A DNA stretch of 33,492 nt. Source: Octopus sinensis (lineage: Eukaryota). A model generated the notes under the pieces. The model was not told the origin of the DNA and ran no database searches. It was given only the letters and a program-made list of their open reading frames with translations. The stretch covers positions 1 to 33,492 of the forward strand of contig NW_021832080.1 of assembly GCF_006345805.1 (NCBI RefSeq), given 5' to 3'. Shown piece by piece: positions 1 to 12,055 of the stretch. The translations under genes were made by a program, and so were the position numbers. Numbering within the stretch: position 1 is the first letter of the stretch; each line of letters starts with the position of its first letter.

Positions 1-52
1 TGTATATATACATACATACACACACACACCACGCACGCACCACACACACACT

Positions 53-104
<52 letters not shown>

Positions 105-519
105 AAGGTAAATGCACACAGTTTACATAGTTTTAATATATTTTTATTGAAAGAGTATGGTGGTTGTCCACTGGTTTTGTAATTTCGTATTTTCTTAAGA
201 AGATTTTAGTCCATGATCTTGTATGAAAGTTTGTGAACGAATCAACAAGTAGAAAAATCTAAGGGGATGTAATTAGTGATACCACTACCACCATTACAGG
301 GTACCCAGCTATAACGGATACAGATTCCGTATCTCAACACTACCTATATCACCGCCACACGACCATCACTACCACCGGCCATCGCCACCACCACCACCTC
401 CACCGCCGTCGCCACCAGCAGCGTCGCCACTACAGACAAAGAAAGTAATTGGTTATTTGGGGGAGGTAAATAAATATGCAGAAACTCATAAGCTAAAGCA
501 GTAAGATGAAATACGTACA

Positions 520-1712
520 GTGATGGAGATTCCTTGCACATCTCTCTATGTGTTCACTCAAAAGTATCTGTCTCTACTTTGAGAAGCGGATCAGTTCCTT
601 ATATAGTGTGACTCTCCGTCTAAGCGACATACTTGTCTGTTCTATATAGTTGTGTCTACAACATGAACATGTTATATCAAATTAAATTCTCGGATGCACA
701 AGTGAAGTTGGTCTTAACTGTGAACCTCTCTCCTTGTTTGTATTGGAATTCCGAACCTTCCACGATGTTGGAGCATGTTCCACTGTTTGGACGTACAAAG
801 TTTTAACCATTAGTTTCGTGGTTGCTGTGTATAGCCTTTTCAGCGATTTGGGTTGCTTTTTACATTTGATGAATTCATGTGTTTTCAGAATGTTGTTCAT
901 TTTTTAATCCCTAGTGGTCATTAATAGATTTCGTATGATAGTGTTGTATGCATCATTGTTTCTACGGTTGTGAATTGATTTATACGGTAGTATTTTGAGA
1001 TGAGGTGTAATGTTGCGCTTTGTTTCCCTTAGTGTCTTAATGCCTATTTTCCTGGCACGTTTACTTCCATCATCTATAAGTGACGGTGATAGTGCCTCAC
1101 AGTTAGTGTTGTTCTGAGGTCTTGAAGATGGAAGTCCCGAATATTTCCGTCACTATTGTGCAAATCCTTTTCGCTAAATTAAAGGTAATGTTTCTTTTGA
1201 TGTGTTTTGGGTGGCATGAGCTAAACAGAAGATATTGCTTGATTCCGTTGGTTTATGATAAGTGTCAGTTGCAATTTGGTTGATGACTTTTTTTACCAGA
1301 ATATCTAAGAAAGGGAGCAGGTCTTTGCTATATTTCATCGTAAACTGAATGTTAGTGTTTATACTATTTAGTATTGATTTAAATTCCAAAAGTTTATCTA
1401 TAGTCTCATTTCAAATGATAAAGCAGTCATCCAGATATATTTTCCAGTTCTCACTTATATAATGATGAAATAGATATGTATATTTTTGCAGTGAAACGTC
1501 ATATATGGTGAATTCAAAATATCCCATTATTAGGTTCGCAAGAGTAGGAGCTACTGTTGTTCCGATAGCAATTCCACGTTTTTATCGATAATCGGTGTCA
1601 TCTAATAGGAAACAATTGTTCTGAAGTATAAATTTTAAAGTTTCAATAAATTTTATAGCTTCTATTCCATAGTCATGTTGGATATTAGTGTATTGATTGA
1701 TAACATCGAGGG
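520..1712 (-). mobile_element. Penelope-like element fragment (RT + GIY-YIG endonuclease), decayed and truncated
   Basis: Minus-strand translation gives PLE RT motifs LDVINQYTNI (1710-1681), GIAIGTTVAPTLANLIMG (~1575-1522), WKIYLDDCFII* (YLDD 1437-1426) and LNSINTNIQFTMKYSKDLLPFLDILV..TDTYHKPT (ORF 1174-1389). A GIY-YIG-type segment follows: NFTCASENLI/ITCSCCRHNYIEQTSMSLRRR (~710-610). Stops and frameshifts are present. Possible degenerate flanking direct repeat at 496-517 and 1714-1735. Confidence 0.9.
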
Positions 1713-2012
1713 GAAGCAATGAAGAGAGATACGTAATTACATTAGCTTACAGTTGCTTCTATTACGAGTTGATGTACAGTCAGGGCTAAGTGTCAGTGCT
1801 ACATGTTATAGATGCCTCAGAACCATTTGAATGAATTTAAATTCTAGTAACAGGTTATTAGTATGGCAGTGGCTAAAATGTACCGTGATGTTTAAACCTA
1901 TTTCGGAGACATTCTTGTTTGGCAAGTGATGAAACTAAAGCAATTAGTAGCTATTCAAAATGTACGTATGTATGCATATACATACATACATACATACATA
2001 TATATTATATAT

Positions 2013-2059
<47 letters not shown>

Positions 2060-2060
2060 A

Positions 2061-2216
2061 AGGCACAGGAGTGACTGTGTGTTAAGTAGCTTGCTTACTA
2101 AACCGGGTTCAGTCCCTGCGTGGCACCTTGGGCAAGTGTCTTCTGATATAGCCTCGGGCCGACCAAAGCCTTGGTGAGTGAATTTGGTAGACGGAAACTG
2201 AAAGAAGTCCTCGTCT
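2061..2216 (+). mobile_element. SINE family A (tRNA-derived, CORE-like), 5' half
   Basis: Matches the head of the full copy at 7484-7919 (GGTTCAGTCCC B-box-like, GTGGCACCTTGGGCAAGTGTCTT CORE-like segment); runs into (TA)n. Confidence 0.85.
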
Positions 2217-2217
2217 A

Positions 2218-2258
<41 letters not shown>

Positions 2259-2315
2259 ATATGATATATATATTATACGATGTAAATAAGGTATAGTATA
2301 TATATATATATATAT

Positions 2316-2418
<103 letters not shown>

Positions 2419-2429
2419 TATATATATAT

Positions 2430-2595
2430 AGTTCAAATTTACAGAAAACATAAGACGAAGATAAGTGTAGGTATGTTAATTTAACGCTCGGAAAGAATGG
2501 AAAGGTCTTTTACACTTCAAGCGTACCCTCTTCGACAGAGAGAATTAAGAGGGTAAAAAAGGATGAAGAAAGAAAAAACGGAGAAAAAATGTATA
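2430..2595 (-). repeat. Family D short repeat (HHR-like), degenerate copy
   Basis: Homologous by eye to 21250-21442 (GTT.AA..TTACAGAAAA..AAGACGAA, ACGCTCGGAAA, CTCTTC.ACAGA); abuts (TA)n. Confidence 0.7.
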
Positions 2596-2600
2596 TAACC

Positions 2601-2708
2601 GCAGGTATGGCTGTATAGTAAAACGTTTACATCCCAGCGTGGCATCTTGTGTCTTCTATTTTAGCTTCGGGCCGACCAAAGCTTTGTGTACGTGTTTGAG
2701 TGTGTGTT

Positions 2709-2743
<35 letters not shown>

Positions 2744-2978
2744 TAGAGAGAGAGTCTGTGTGTCTGTGTAAGTTCTCCATTATCGCTTGATAAACGGTGT
2801 TGGTGTGTTTATGTCCCCGGAACATAGCAAGTCGACAAAAAATCCGGCAAAATATTTATCAGTCTTAAAAAAAGTGCTAAGTAAATACTGGTGTCGATTC
2901 GTTCGATTAAAATTTTTCAAGGCGGTACCCCAGCATTTTCGCAGTCAAATGATTGAAACGACTAATAGATAAAAGATA
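2601..2978 (+). mobile_element. SINE family A, degenerate near-full copy
   Basis: GGCCGACCAAAGC, internal (GT)/(GA) microsatellite, TGGTGTGTTTATGTCCCC, GGCGGTACCCCAGCAT..GCAGTCAAATGATTGAAAC 3' part. Confidence 0.8.
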
Positions 2979-3112
2979 CATACATTTATATACATTTATA
3001 CGTCTGTATGTGTGTGTATCTGTATGTATGTATGTATGTATGTATGTATGTATGTATGTATGTATGTATGTATGTATGTATGTATGTATGTATGAATGTA
3101 TGCATATACGTA

Positions 3113-3541
3113 TTCTTTTATTCTTTTCCTTATTTCAGTCATTTGACTACAGCTATGCTGGAGCACCGCCTTGCAAAATCGATCGCAGGACTTATTTTTC
3201 TAAAGTTTAGTACATATTCTATCGATCTCTTTCTAAACCGCTAAGTCACGTAAACACCGCTAAGGGATGTAAACACCGCTAGGGGATGTAAACACACCAA
3301 CACTGGTTGTAAACAGGTAATGGCGTACAAACACAAACACGAAGACACACTCATTCATAGATATATACATATATATGTACGACGAGCTTCTTTCAGTTTC
3401 CGTCGGCCAAATCCATACACAAGGCTTTAGTCGGTCCGAGGCTATAGTAGAAGACACTTGCCCAGGGTACCACCCAATGGGACTGAACTCGGAACCATGT
3501 GGTTGGAAGTAAGCTTCTCGCAACACAGCCGCGCCTGCGCC

Positions 3542-3542
<1 letters not shown>
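3113..3542 (-). mobile_element. SINE family A, full length
   Basis: Minus strand runs from AGGCGCAGGCGCGGCTGTG head to GTCAAATGACTGAAAT tail; internal ~19-bp tandem duplication at ~3250-3295. Confidence 0.85.
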
Positions 3543-3573
<31 letters not shown>

Positions 3574-3650
3574 TGTATGTATGTATGTATGTATGCATGC
3601 ATATATAAGCAAAGAATATAAAAGAGAATGATTTCATTTGCAACCACTAT

Positions 3651-3681
<31 letters not shown>

Positions 3682-4330
3682 GCTATTGCTGCTGTTGCTA
3701 ATAGCACCGCTTGTGTTTATTAAAAGTATTCTCTAACCACTGACCTTACTAAAACGGATTAAGCTTATTTTGGAATATTACTGAATGAGAAGTGTTTCCA
3801 TGTATGGTGTTCATTGGCGTTAGAAATCGCCTAATATTGATCTGTTAATTATCAATGTCAGTACATGACCTCGTTTGACCCCAACTTTATATTCCTTCGT
3901 TCATTTAGGACATTCGGTTTTGTTGGCTTTTTTTTAATTTCATATTTTCGTTTCGGTTTTTGTTTGTGCTATGGTTGTTTGTAGGGTGTTATTTCATTAT
4001 CTAAACAGACAAATCAAGAAAGTAGCAGAATAAATGACATGACTAACCCAATTTAGTTCGTTGCTCGCTACAGACAGTATCGATTAGTTATTCTCTTTCT
4101 TTCTCTTTCTCTCTCTTTCTTTCTGTCTCTCTCACTCTTTCTCTCTCTTCTTTCTGTCTGTTGCTCTCTTTCTCTCTCTCTATCTCTCTTTTCTCTGTCT
4201 GTCTGTCTCTTTCTCTCTTTCTCTTTCTCTTACTATTATCGTAAAGGGCGTGACTGTCGACAATAAATCTCGACTTCATATTCAATCACCGTCAATCATG
4301 TATCATCTCATTTTATTCTGTTTCTCATTA

Positions 4331-4730
4331 TTGGCAGAATCGTTAGCACACCAGGCGAAATGCTTAGTGGTATTTCGTCTGCCGTTACGTTCTGAGTTCA
4401 AATACCGCCGAGGTCGACTTTGCCTTTCATCCTTTCGGGGTTGATTAAATAAGTACCAGTTACGCACTGGAGTCGATATAATCGACTTAATCCGTTTGTC
4501 TGTCCTTGTTTGTCCCCTCTGTGTTTAGCCCCTTGTGGGTAGTAAAGAAATAGGTATCTCTCCCGTCGCTACGTTCAGAGTTTAAATTCCTCCGAAGTCA
4601 ATTTTGCCTTTCATCCTTTCGGGGTCGATAAAATGAAGTATTAGTGAAGCACTAGGGTCGATGCAATAAACTAGTCCCCTACCGCCAAATTTCAGGCCTT
4701 GTGCATATAGTTGAAAGGTTTATCATTATT
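4331..4730 (+). mobile_element. SINE family B (tRNA-like head, Meta/Nin-type central domain), two-body form
   Basis: TGGCAGAATCGTTAG head, GAGTTCAAAT B-box-like, GCCTTTCATCCTTTCGGGG central motif present twice; same architecture as 21858-22260; ends in (ATT)-rich tail. Confidence 0.85.
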
Positions 4731-4811
4731 ATTATTATCCTTATTGCTGTTATTAATTTCATTATTGTTGTAGTTGTTGTTGTTGTTAGTGTTACTGCTG
4801 CTGTTGTTGTT

Positions 4812-5150
4812 GGAGCGGCGAGCTGGTAGAATCGCAACCGCGCCGAACAAATTACTTAACGGCATTTCTTTATGTTCGGAGTTCAAGTGCCACTGAGGTC
4901 GACTTTGCCTTTCATTTTTTCGGGGTCGACAAAATAAGTACCAGTTGAGCACTGAAATTGATAAAATCGACTTCTAATTCCCCTTAAAACTGGTGGCCTT
5001 GTGCCAAAAATTACAAACAATTAGGTCGGCTTTCAGCCTTCCGGGGTCGAGGAAATTAGTATCAGATAAGCACTGAAGCTGATGTAATCACTAGTCCCTC
5101 TCCTAAAATATTTTATGCCTTGTGCCTGTAATAGAAAGGATTACTAATAT
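4812..5150 (+). mobile_element. SINE family B, one copy plus a further 3' fragment
   Basis: GCGGCGAGCTGGTAGAATCG head, GGGGTCGACAAAATAAGTACCAG, GGCCTTGTGCC 3' motif; second partial body at 5023-5150. Confidence 0.8.
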
Positions 5151-5559
5151 TATTTTCTCTTTATCACAGATTTTGTTGGAGCTCCTGGAGTCTTGCATGC
5201 GTAGCAGGCTTACTACCTGCAGCTTACAGTACCATGCTAATTAGGCACATCTAAGAGTGCATCCATAGAAGTGTTCCGGATTAACAAGGATGTTTGTAGT
5301 TAATGAAACTTCTCCAGGTCAGCAAAAATGTTCAGTTATAAACATACATAGAAGTATTCAAGGTTAACAAGAACGCTGTCGAGATATTTAGAGATAACGA
5401 AAATGTTTAAAATGAACAAAAGTCTAGAGGTAAGTAGTGGGTTCACGACGTCTTCAGAATCTCCGAGACTGGTTAGAGGAGAAGTAGAGAAGTATCCGTA
5501 ACTGAAAGTGTAACCAGAATGCTGGTTATGGAATAGATTGTGCTAAAAGCATCCAAAAG

Positions 5560-5830
5560 CTAGGTAGTGGAACTAAACCGGGTAATAGATTAAATCCACA
5601 ACCCTTGCAGGCCACGCCGTAATTTGAACTCAGAAGACTAAGGGCTGGAATAAATATCGCAAAGCATCCCATACGATGTTCTAACGATTTTGTCAATCAA
5701 GCACCGTACGTCGGTATTTTATCGACGCCGGGAGGATGAAAAGTAAAGGGGTCTTCGTCCGGAACTGAACGCAGGACGTAAGATGGTACAAGAAATATTG
5801 GCTTCTGATATCTTATCTCTTCTACCAACG
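5560..5830 (-). mobile_element. Two degenerate SINE family B fragments
   Basis: TTTGAACTCAGAA and TATTTTATCGAC..GGAGGATGAAAAGTAAAG are reverse complements of family B motifs. Confidence 0.55.
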
Positions 5831-5939
5831 TGACATCGAAGAATGTTCAAAGTTAGTAAATACTGGGTAAGAATGTCCTAACAAAATTTTCAAATAATAA
5901 TATTACGATTTCTAGAGCATACCTATGTTTAATCTTCAT

Positions 5940-6460
5940 TGGCAATTTTTTAATATTTTTAGAAAATTGGTTGTGTATCATTCAGTTGTGGCAATTATAA
6001 ATCAGATGTAAAATGTATTTTAACTGTTGGATCGGTGAAGTTCCTGATCTTTTCAGTTTGCTTCTTTACAACGCTATCATAGGTTGTTCTTCCTATGTCG
6101 ATAATCAATACGTTATTGTCAACCTTGTCATAGGGATGATATAAGGTTTATTATATGATATCTAATGGCCTGTTTGTACGGTAAAGTTCCATAGTATTTT
6201 CATTTTGACACGTACCATGAATGCCAGACATACCAAGTTTATTGTTGTTGTTAGGGCGGCGAAGCATTTGCACAGATATAACATATCTTCTATGATTGCA
6301 CCACAGTTTATAAATATACCATCAATGTAATCGCTTTTTTTTCCATTTCCTACTGTTGCTTCAGTTTCAGACTTTAGCCATATGAAGTCAGAGCCAATAT
6401 TTTGTGAGAATTTTATTGCTGTGGATAAAAACCAATTTGCTCCATTTTTCAAAATCATTT
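5940..6460 (-). mobile_element. Non-LTR retrotransposon 3' fragment with restriction-like endonuclease (R4/NeSL-type), decayed
   Basis: Minus strand reads KILWNFTVQTGH*ISYNKPYII/YDKVDNNVLIIDIGRTTYDSVVKKQTEKIRNFTDP, matching the RLE pattern ILWD..IQTD..I.HNKPDI...D......IIDI.......KE.EK..KY.DL. Confidence 0.75.
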
Positions 6461-6749
6461 CTTGGAAGATATAAATACAATGGAGAACATTAACGGTCGC
6501 CTCGCTGTATTGTTCTCTATTGCCGTGTAGCCCGCTACCACTCTACCATTGCGAGGGATTATGTGGTAAATAGTCTATATTTTTTTTTACCTGGTATACT
6601 TGTTTGTTTAATTCACATAGGCATAAAAATATAACTACAACTACATTCTGAATCGTTGAGCACTCTTGGTGACTAAATATCTCACGTCAATGAACTAAAT
6701 TTGTACTGCTAAGCTTCATGTACGACCATCTGCGATATGCAAGTATATA

Positions 6750-6821
<72 letters not shown>

Positions 6822-6925
6822 TATATATATATATATATATATTATACTTTATATAAATATGTGTTACGTATGTATGTATGCATGTACGTATGTATGTATA
6901 TGAATATATATATATATAATATATA

Positions 6926-6961
<36 letters not shown>

Positions 6962-6991
6962 TGTATGTATGTATGAATGTATGTATGTATG

Positions 6992-7026
<35 letters not shown>

Positions 7027-7158
7027 GTAGTATGTATGTATGTATGTATGTATGTATGTATGTATGTATGTATGTATGCATGTATGTATATATATATATG
7101 TTCTTTATAATTATTTTAGCATTTTCTATCCTGACTTGCTTTTTAACATAAATATATA

Positions 7159-7219
<61 letters not shown>

Positions 7220-7261
7220 AAAGAGAGAGGAGGTATAAGATGAAAAAAATTATTTCACCAA

Positions 7262-7445
7262 TTGTCCCAACATCGCCTGACAACCGACGCTGGTGTGTTT
7301 AGTGGTTTGGCAAAAAAGACCGATAGAATGAGTACTAGGCTTACAAAGAATAAGTCCTGGGGTCGATTTGCTCGACTAAAAGCGGTTCTGCGGCATGGTC
7401 GCCGTCAAATGACTGAAACACGTAAAAAAAAAATAAAAGAATAAA
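7262..7445 (+). mobile_element. SINE family A, 3' half
   Basis: Near reverse complement of 7500-7690. Confidence 0.85.
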
Positions 7446-7483
7446 TAAATCATAAATTATTTTACATACCTGCATTGACGTAT

Positions 7484-7702
7484 CTCTTTTACTCTCTTTT
7501 ACTCTTTTACTTGTTTCAGTCATTTGACTGCGGCCATGCTGGAGCACCGCCTTTAGTCGAGCAAATCGACCCCGGGACTTATTCTTTGTAAGCCCAGTAC
7601 TTATTCTATCGGTCTCTCTTGTCGAACCGCTAAGTGACGGGGACGTAAACACACACCAGCATCGGTTGTCAAGCAATGCTAGAGGGACAAACACAAACAC
7701 AC

Positions 7703-7753
<51 letters not shown>

Positions 7754-7919
7754 TACGACAGGCTTCTTTCAGTTTCCGTCTACCAAATCCACTCAGAAGG
7801 CATTGGTCGGCCCGGGGCTATAGCAGAAGACACGTGCCCAAGATGCCACGCAGTGGGACTGAACCCAGAACCATGTGGTTGGTTAGCAAGCTACTTACCA
7901 CACAGCCACTCCTGCGCCT
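7484..7919 (-). mobile_element. SINE family A, full-length well-preserved copy with internal (TA)n
   Basis: AGGCGCAGGAGTGGCTGTGTGG head, GGTTCAGTCCC, GGCATCTTGGGCA, internal microsatellite ~7700-7754, (GTAAAAGA)-like tail repeats. Confidence 0.9.
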
Positions 7920-7979
7920 ATGTAAATTAAATTATATTATTCAGTTGTATAATTTATATATTAATACAATTCTATATTT

Positions 7980-8147
7980 AAGAGATGAGGAATTATGTAC
8001 ATTATTCACATTATTTACATTCGACGGATATTTTTCCTCATCTTGTTTGTTGTTAACACAACGTTTCAGCTGATATACCGTCCAGCCTTCATTAGGTGTC
8101 TTGGGGAAATTTTGAACCTTGGTTCTCATTCCTAAGGTATTTTTCGA

Positions 8148-8187
<40 letters not shown>

Positions 8188-8310
8188 GCTGCTCAGGTCA
8201 CTGCTTGGAATCGAACTCGGAATCTTGGGGTTAGTAGCGCGGGGTTAAGAACGCGGGCTTCTAACCCCATGATCCCGAGTTCGATTCCAAGCAGTGACCT
8301 GAACAATAAT

Positions 8311-8378
<68 letters not shown>

Positions 8379-8519
8379 CAACAACATCGAAAATACCTTA
8401 GGAATGAGAACCCAGGTTCGAAATTTCCCCAAGACTCCTGATGATGGCTGTAAGGTATATCAGCCGAAGCAAGATGAGGATAAATATCCGTCGAATGTAA
8501 ATAATGTAAATAATGTAAA
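7980..8519. mobile_element. Head-to-head inverted pair of tRNA-headed elements with (AAT)n linker and hammerhead-bearing 3' segment (family E)
   Basis: Left arm (-) 7980-8241 and right arm (+) 8242-8519 are reverse complements. Each has a GAGTTCGATTCC B-box, (AAT)n, then CT(G/A)ATGA-N-GGCTG..CAGC(C/T)-GAA. Confidence 0.85.
8055..8100 (-). ncRNA. Minimal type-I hammerhead ribozyme motif (G5A variant, probably inactive)
   Basis: GACAC-CTAATGA-A-GGCTG-GACGGTATAT-CAGCT-GAAA-C-GTT-GTGTT: helix I GACAC/GTGTT, helix II GGCTG/CAGCT, palindromic AACGTT in place of helix III. The partner arm has an intact CTGATGA at 8438-8444. Confidence 0.7.
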
Positions 8520-8733
8520 TTAATACAATTCTTTATTTTATATATATACTTACGAATGAGTAGACAGATGAAAAGAAAAGATGTATTTAGTAGGAGTTAC
8601 ATATAGTATTTAAAACGGTTTCATTCGGTCCTACGCAACTCGATATTTCGTGGGTTTCTGCAAGTAGCCAACGAAACTCTAAACCGCATGGGATCGAATC
8701 AAACTGAATTAAATAATATTTAGATATATACAT

Positions 8734-8766
<33 letters not shown>

Positions 8767-9879
8767 GCGTGTAAGTGCGCGCGCGCGCATGCATACATTC
8801 ATGTATGTAGGAATGACTAATCTATTTTTCTTTACATTTCATATCACTTTCATGTAAAGTTATTTATATCATACTTAAACTACGATAACTTTTGTTATGA
8901 ACAAGTGACCTTTAATCCAGATCAACCTACACTACCTCTACCACTGTTACCCCCCCCCCATCTCCAACAACAACAATGTGCTCGAAACTACAAAACAACG
9001 ACCTCCGTCACCAGCACAGCGACCATAACCACTAGCTATATCTAAATCATCATCATAATCATCATCATCATCGTCATTAACAGCGCCACCAAAGTGTTCT
9101 ATCTACACATACTATCTATCACTAATGACTTAAATCAATTAGAATCTCGGTGTTACAATGGTGTTCTTGAGATTACGAATCTGATTTACGTATCGAATCC
9201 TGTGGGAACAGTGTTCCGTTTCTGACACTGATACGTATCAATCATACAGACGTTAATAACATGTATTGAATATAATTATCACTTTAGTCTGGCCTGTTCT
9301 CTTAACTTTCTTACTAAGTTACGCGTATGTGTGATATGGTGATATCGTATCTTCACACATACACGAATGGAGAGATACAGCAGCTAGCGTGCGCGTGCAT
9401 ATTTACATAAGCATTCAAACGGACAGACACCAGAAACATGTATAAACACAACAACAAACACAAACAAATACGCAGAAACACAGATACATTGATATACGTG
9501 CGTGTATATAAGAAAGGTCTAAATGAGATATTTATGGAATTTAACCTAAAAATCCTCATTAGAAATGGCGTAAGTGCCGTTAAAGTGTCAGCCATTACGT
9601 TAGATATAATTACCCATAAGCACAGTCCTTGTGCGAAAAACAAACGAAACCTACTTATGTCAACAGAAATTCTTAATCATCTGCCTACAATCATAAAAAT
9701 AAATCTAATTATAAACGTTAGCAAGAGAAGAATATTTAACATATCTTCCACCCAAAACAATATTTAATCGTGCTATTATGGACATTGTGATGAGAAAAAA
9801 TGGATGTAAGGGGATTCAAAAGCGGTAAATGTAAACAGTATCGAGCCCAACCCAAACCTTATGCCTGATATAACCAGAC

Positions 9880-10130
9880 ATTATATTGATCTGAAAACAT
9901 TTCCTTGCCAACAATAAGTACCAGAAGCTCTTCAATGGAAACAAAAAAACAAAGAAACTAAGAAGGGAGGAACCTTGTGCTGTAGTTGTATAGCAAACAT
10001 TGTCATTAAGAGAGCTGGAAGCACATCTAACAACAAATGAAAACCCATTTCTAGATTGCATCTAACATAGTACAATATACTGTCCACTTTATGGCAAGCG
10101 TCTAAGCAGTATATAATAATACTCTGTGCA
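9880..10130 (+). mobile_element. Very degenerate PLE fragment (RT-endonuclease linker)
   Basis: KHFLANNKYQKLFNGN (from 9895), CSCIANI (9981-10001) and CPLYGKRL (10081-10104) resemble PLE motifs KHFP..NKYHKIFN, SYSC..NI and CPL.GKCL. Confidence 0.55.
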
Positions 10131-10486
10131 ATAATATCTGAAAATGGTACATTAAAAAAATCCCATTTGGCTCCAAGAAAATAATTTGGAATACAGCCAT
10201 TTACTGAACATCCATTCTCTCCACAACAAAAACAAAATGGATTCTACATTTCTGTTGTGTTACAGCTTGACCAGGAAAATAATATTTTTATATAATGGTC
10301 AACGGAGAAATAAATGGACAGTACTTACGGTATTTTCAAGCCCTGCCAGGCTGGCGACAGTCGATAAACATCGTCCATGACTTTGTAATCCCAGGAAAAC
10401 AGACGAAGTCGATATACGAGTTGGTTTCGATTGCACTAAATGCATCAAATCACCCTATACACACCACATATATACGGATACGAGTG

Positions 10487-10627
10487 TGCTGTCCCCTCTC
10501 AGATTCATACACTTATTGCAGCTGTCCTTCAGTTTTACTAAGCCCTGTAAAAGAACTTGGACGGTTGGGCCTCCAACCAGGCCTTTCGCCATACCCTTAA
10601 AGCCAGGAACTTTTCAGCATTCCCTCG
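10487..10627 (-). mobile_element. mariner-derived MITE remnant (one TIR + transposase C-terminus)
   Basis: Minus strand starts CGAGGGAATGCTGAAAAGTTCCTGGC (mariner-like TIR) and soon reads LQGLVKLKDSCNKCMNLRGD, like the mariner terminal G..KL..RW.KC....GDY. Confidence 0.6.
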
Positions 10628-10840
10628 TTTATAGAGAGAGACAGGGAGAAGAGGAAGAAAATTTTAAAATGTGAGAATTAGAGTTTTGGGGCTGACGGAT
10701 TAGTAAAAGTACTTCGTGCAGGATTCACGGGGTGATACATATTAGGGGTAGCAGAGAGAAGTGGGATAGGTATATTTGGTGGTCATTAATGGGGGAGGAG
10801 GTAAGCAATTAGACCGTTCAAAGAAACAAGGATTTTTGGT

Positions 10841-11032
<192 letters not shown>

Positions 11033-11515
11033 GGAGTGGTAACAGCACGTATATGAACGAATGATAGTAGTATCTTACAGGAGAATTTTTGCCAATAAAT
11101 TGAATTACTTCGTTTTTAAAATTTTGATTAAGATATCAGAATGTGTATCAGCAGGAGCGGCAACCCTGATCTGTGATCAGTAAATCGATAACCATCAATT
11201 AACTCACCTTTATTCAAAATATGAGCCCTTCATATCAACAGATGTAAAAGATTTTCGTTACGAGGTGGAAAAGGGCAATATTGTCGTGCAGAATTTTAAA
11301 ATGTTTAATAAACGACAAAGACACTGTTCCGAAATGCAGTAAATACTCTTAGCTTCTTCAAGTTATAAACGAGATAAAATCCCGTTTTATAGTTGGTACT
11401 GACAGCTGCTAGACCAACTCTGAAAGAGATCAGCTAATTCCAGCACTTCTTTACTCAAATTGCTACGTTCGAGCATTAAATAACCAATGTTTGTTATGTT
11501 TGCTTTGAATTCCAA

Positions 11516-11616
11516 TTATTTTAAAGTATGGCACTTAATCCATCAGTGACTTTTGCTAAACCGCTAAATAACAGGGAATGTAAACAAACTAACACCGATT
11601 CTCTAGCGGTGGGGAG
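11516..11616 (-). mobile_element. SINE family A 3' fragment
   Basis: Reverse complement is ~93% identical (about 7 differences in 101 nt, counted by eye) to 12186-12286. Confidence 0.8.
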
Positions 11617-11720
11617 AGACGTAAAGATCAGAATAGTAACGGAGTGAATCATTAGCTTCTAAGAAGTTGATAAACTTCACTAAATGTATTCAATGCACTC
11701 ATTTCGATTGTACAACCACT

Positions 11721-11766
<46 letters not shown>

Positions 11767-11842
11767 CCCTCTCTCCCTCCCTCTCTCTCTCCCTCTCTCT
11801 CTCCACACACATACTCAGGGAGAGCAAGAGACGTCACGTAAC

Positions 11843-12022
11843 AGGCGCGGGCGTAGCTGTATGTTAAAGAAGTTTGCTTCGCATCCACATGGTTTCAAAT
11901 CCAATCCCCTCTGCGTCACCTTGAATGAGTGTCTTCTACTTCAGGCCAAGGCATATCGATGCCCAGTGACTGAAGTGATTTAGACGGAAACTGTGTGGAA
12001 GCCCGGTGTTTGTATATGTATC

Positions 12023-12055
<33 letters not shown>

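Noticed and set aside
6718-7243. YI/MYVC/HTYI-type ORFs here and throughout the window
   Set aside because: They are translations of (TA)n and (TATG)n microsatellites.
8242-8300. tRNA gene
   Set aside because: No acceptor stem or complete D arm; it is a SINE head. The same applies to 18190-18260.
8620-8700. Hairpin ending in GAAAC as another hammerhead
   Set aside because: No CUGANGA core at the right position on either strand.
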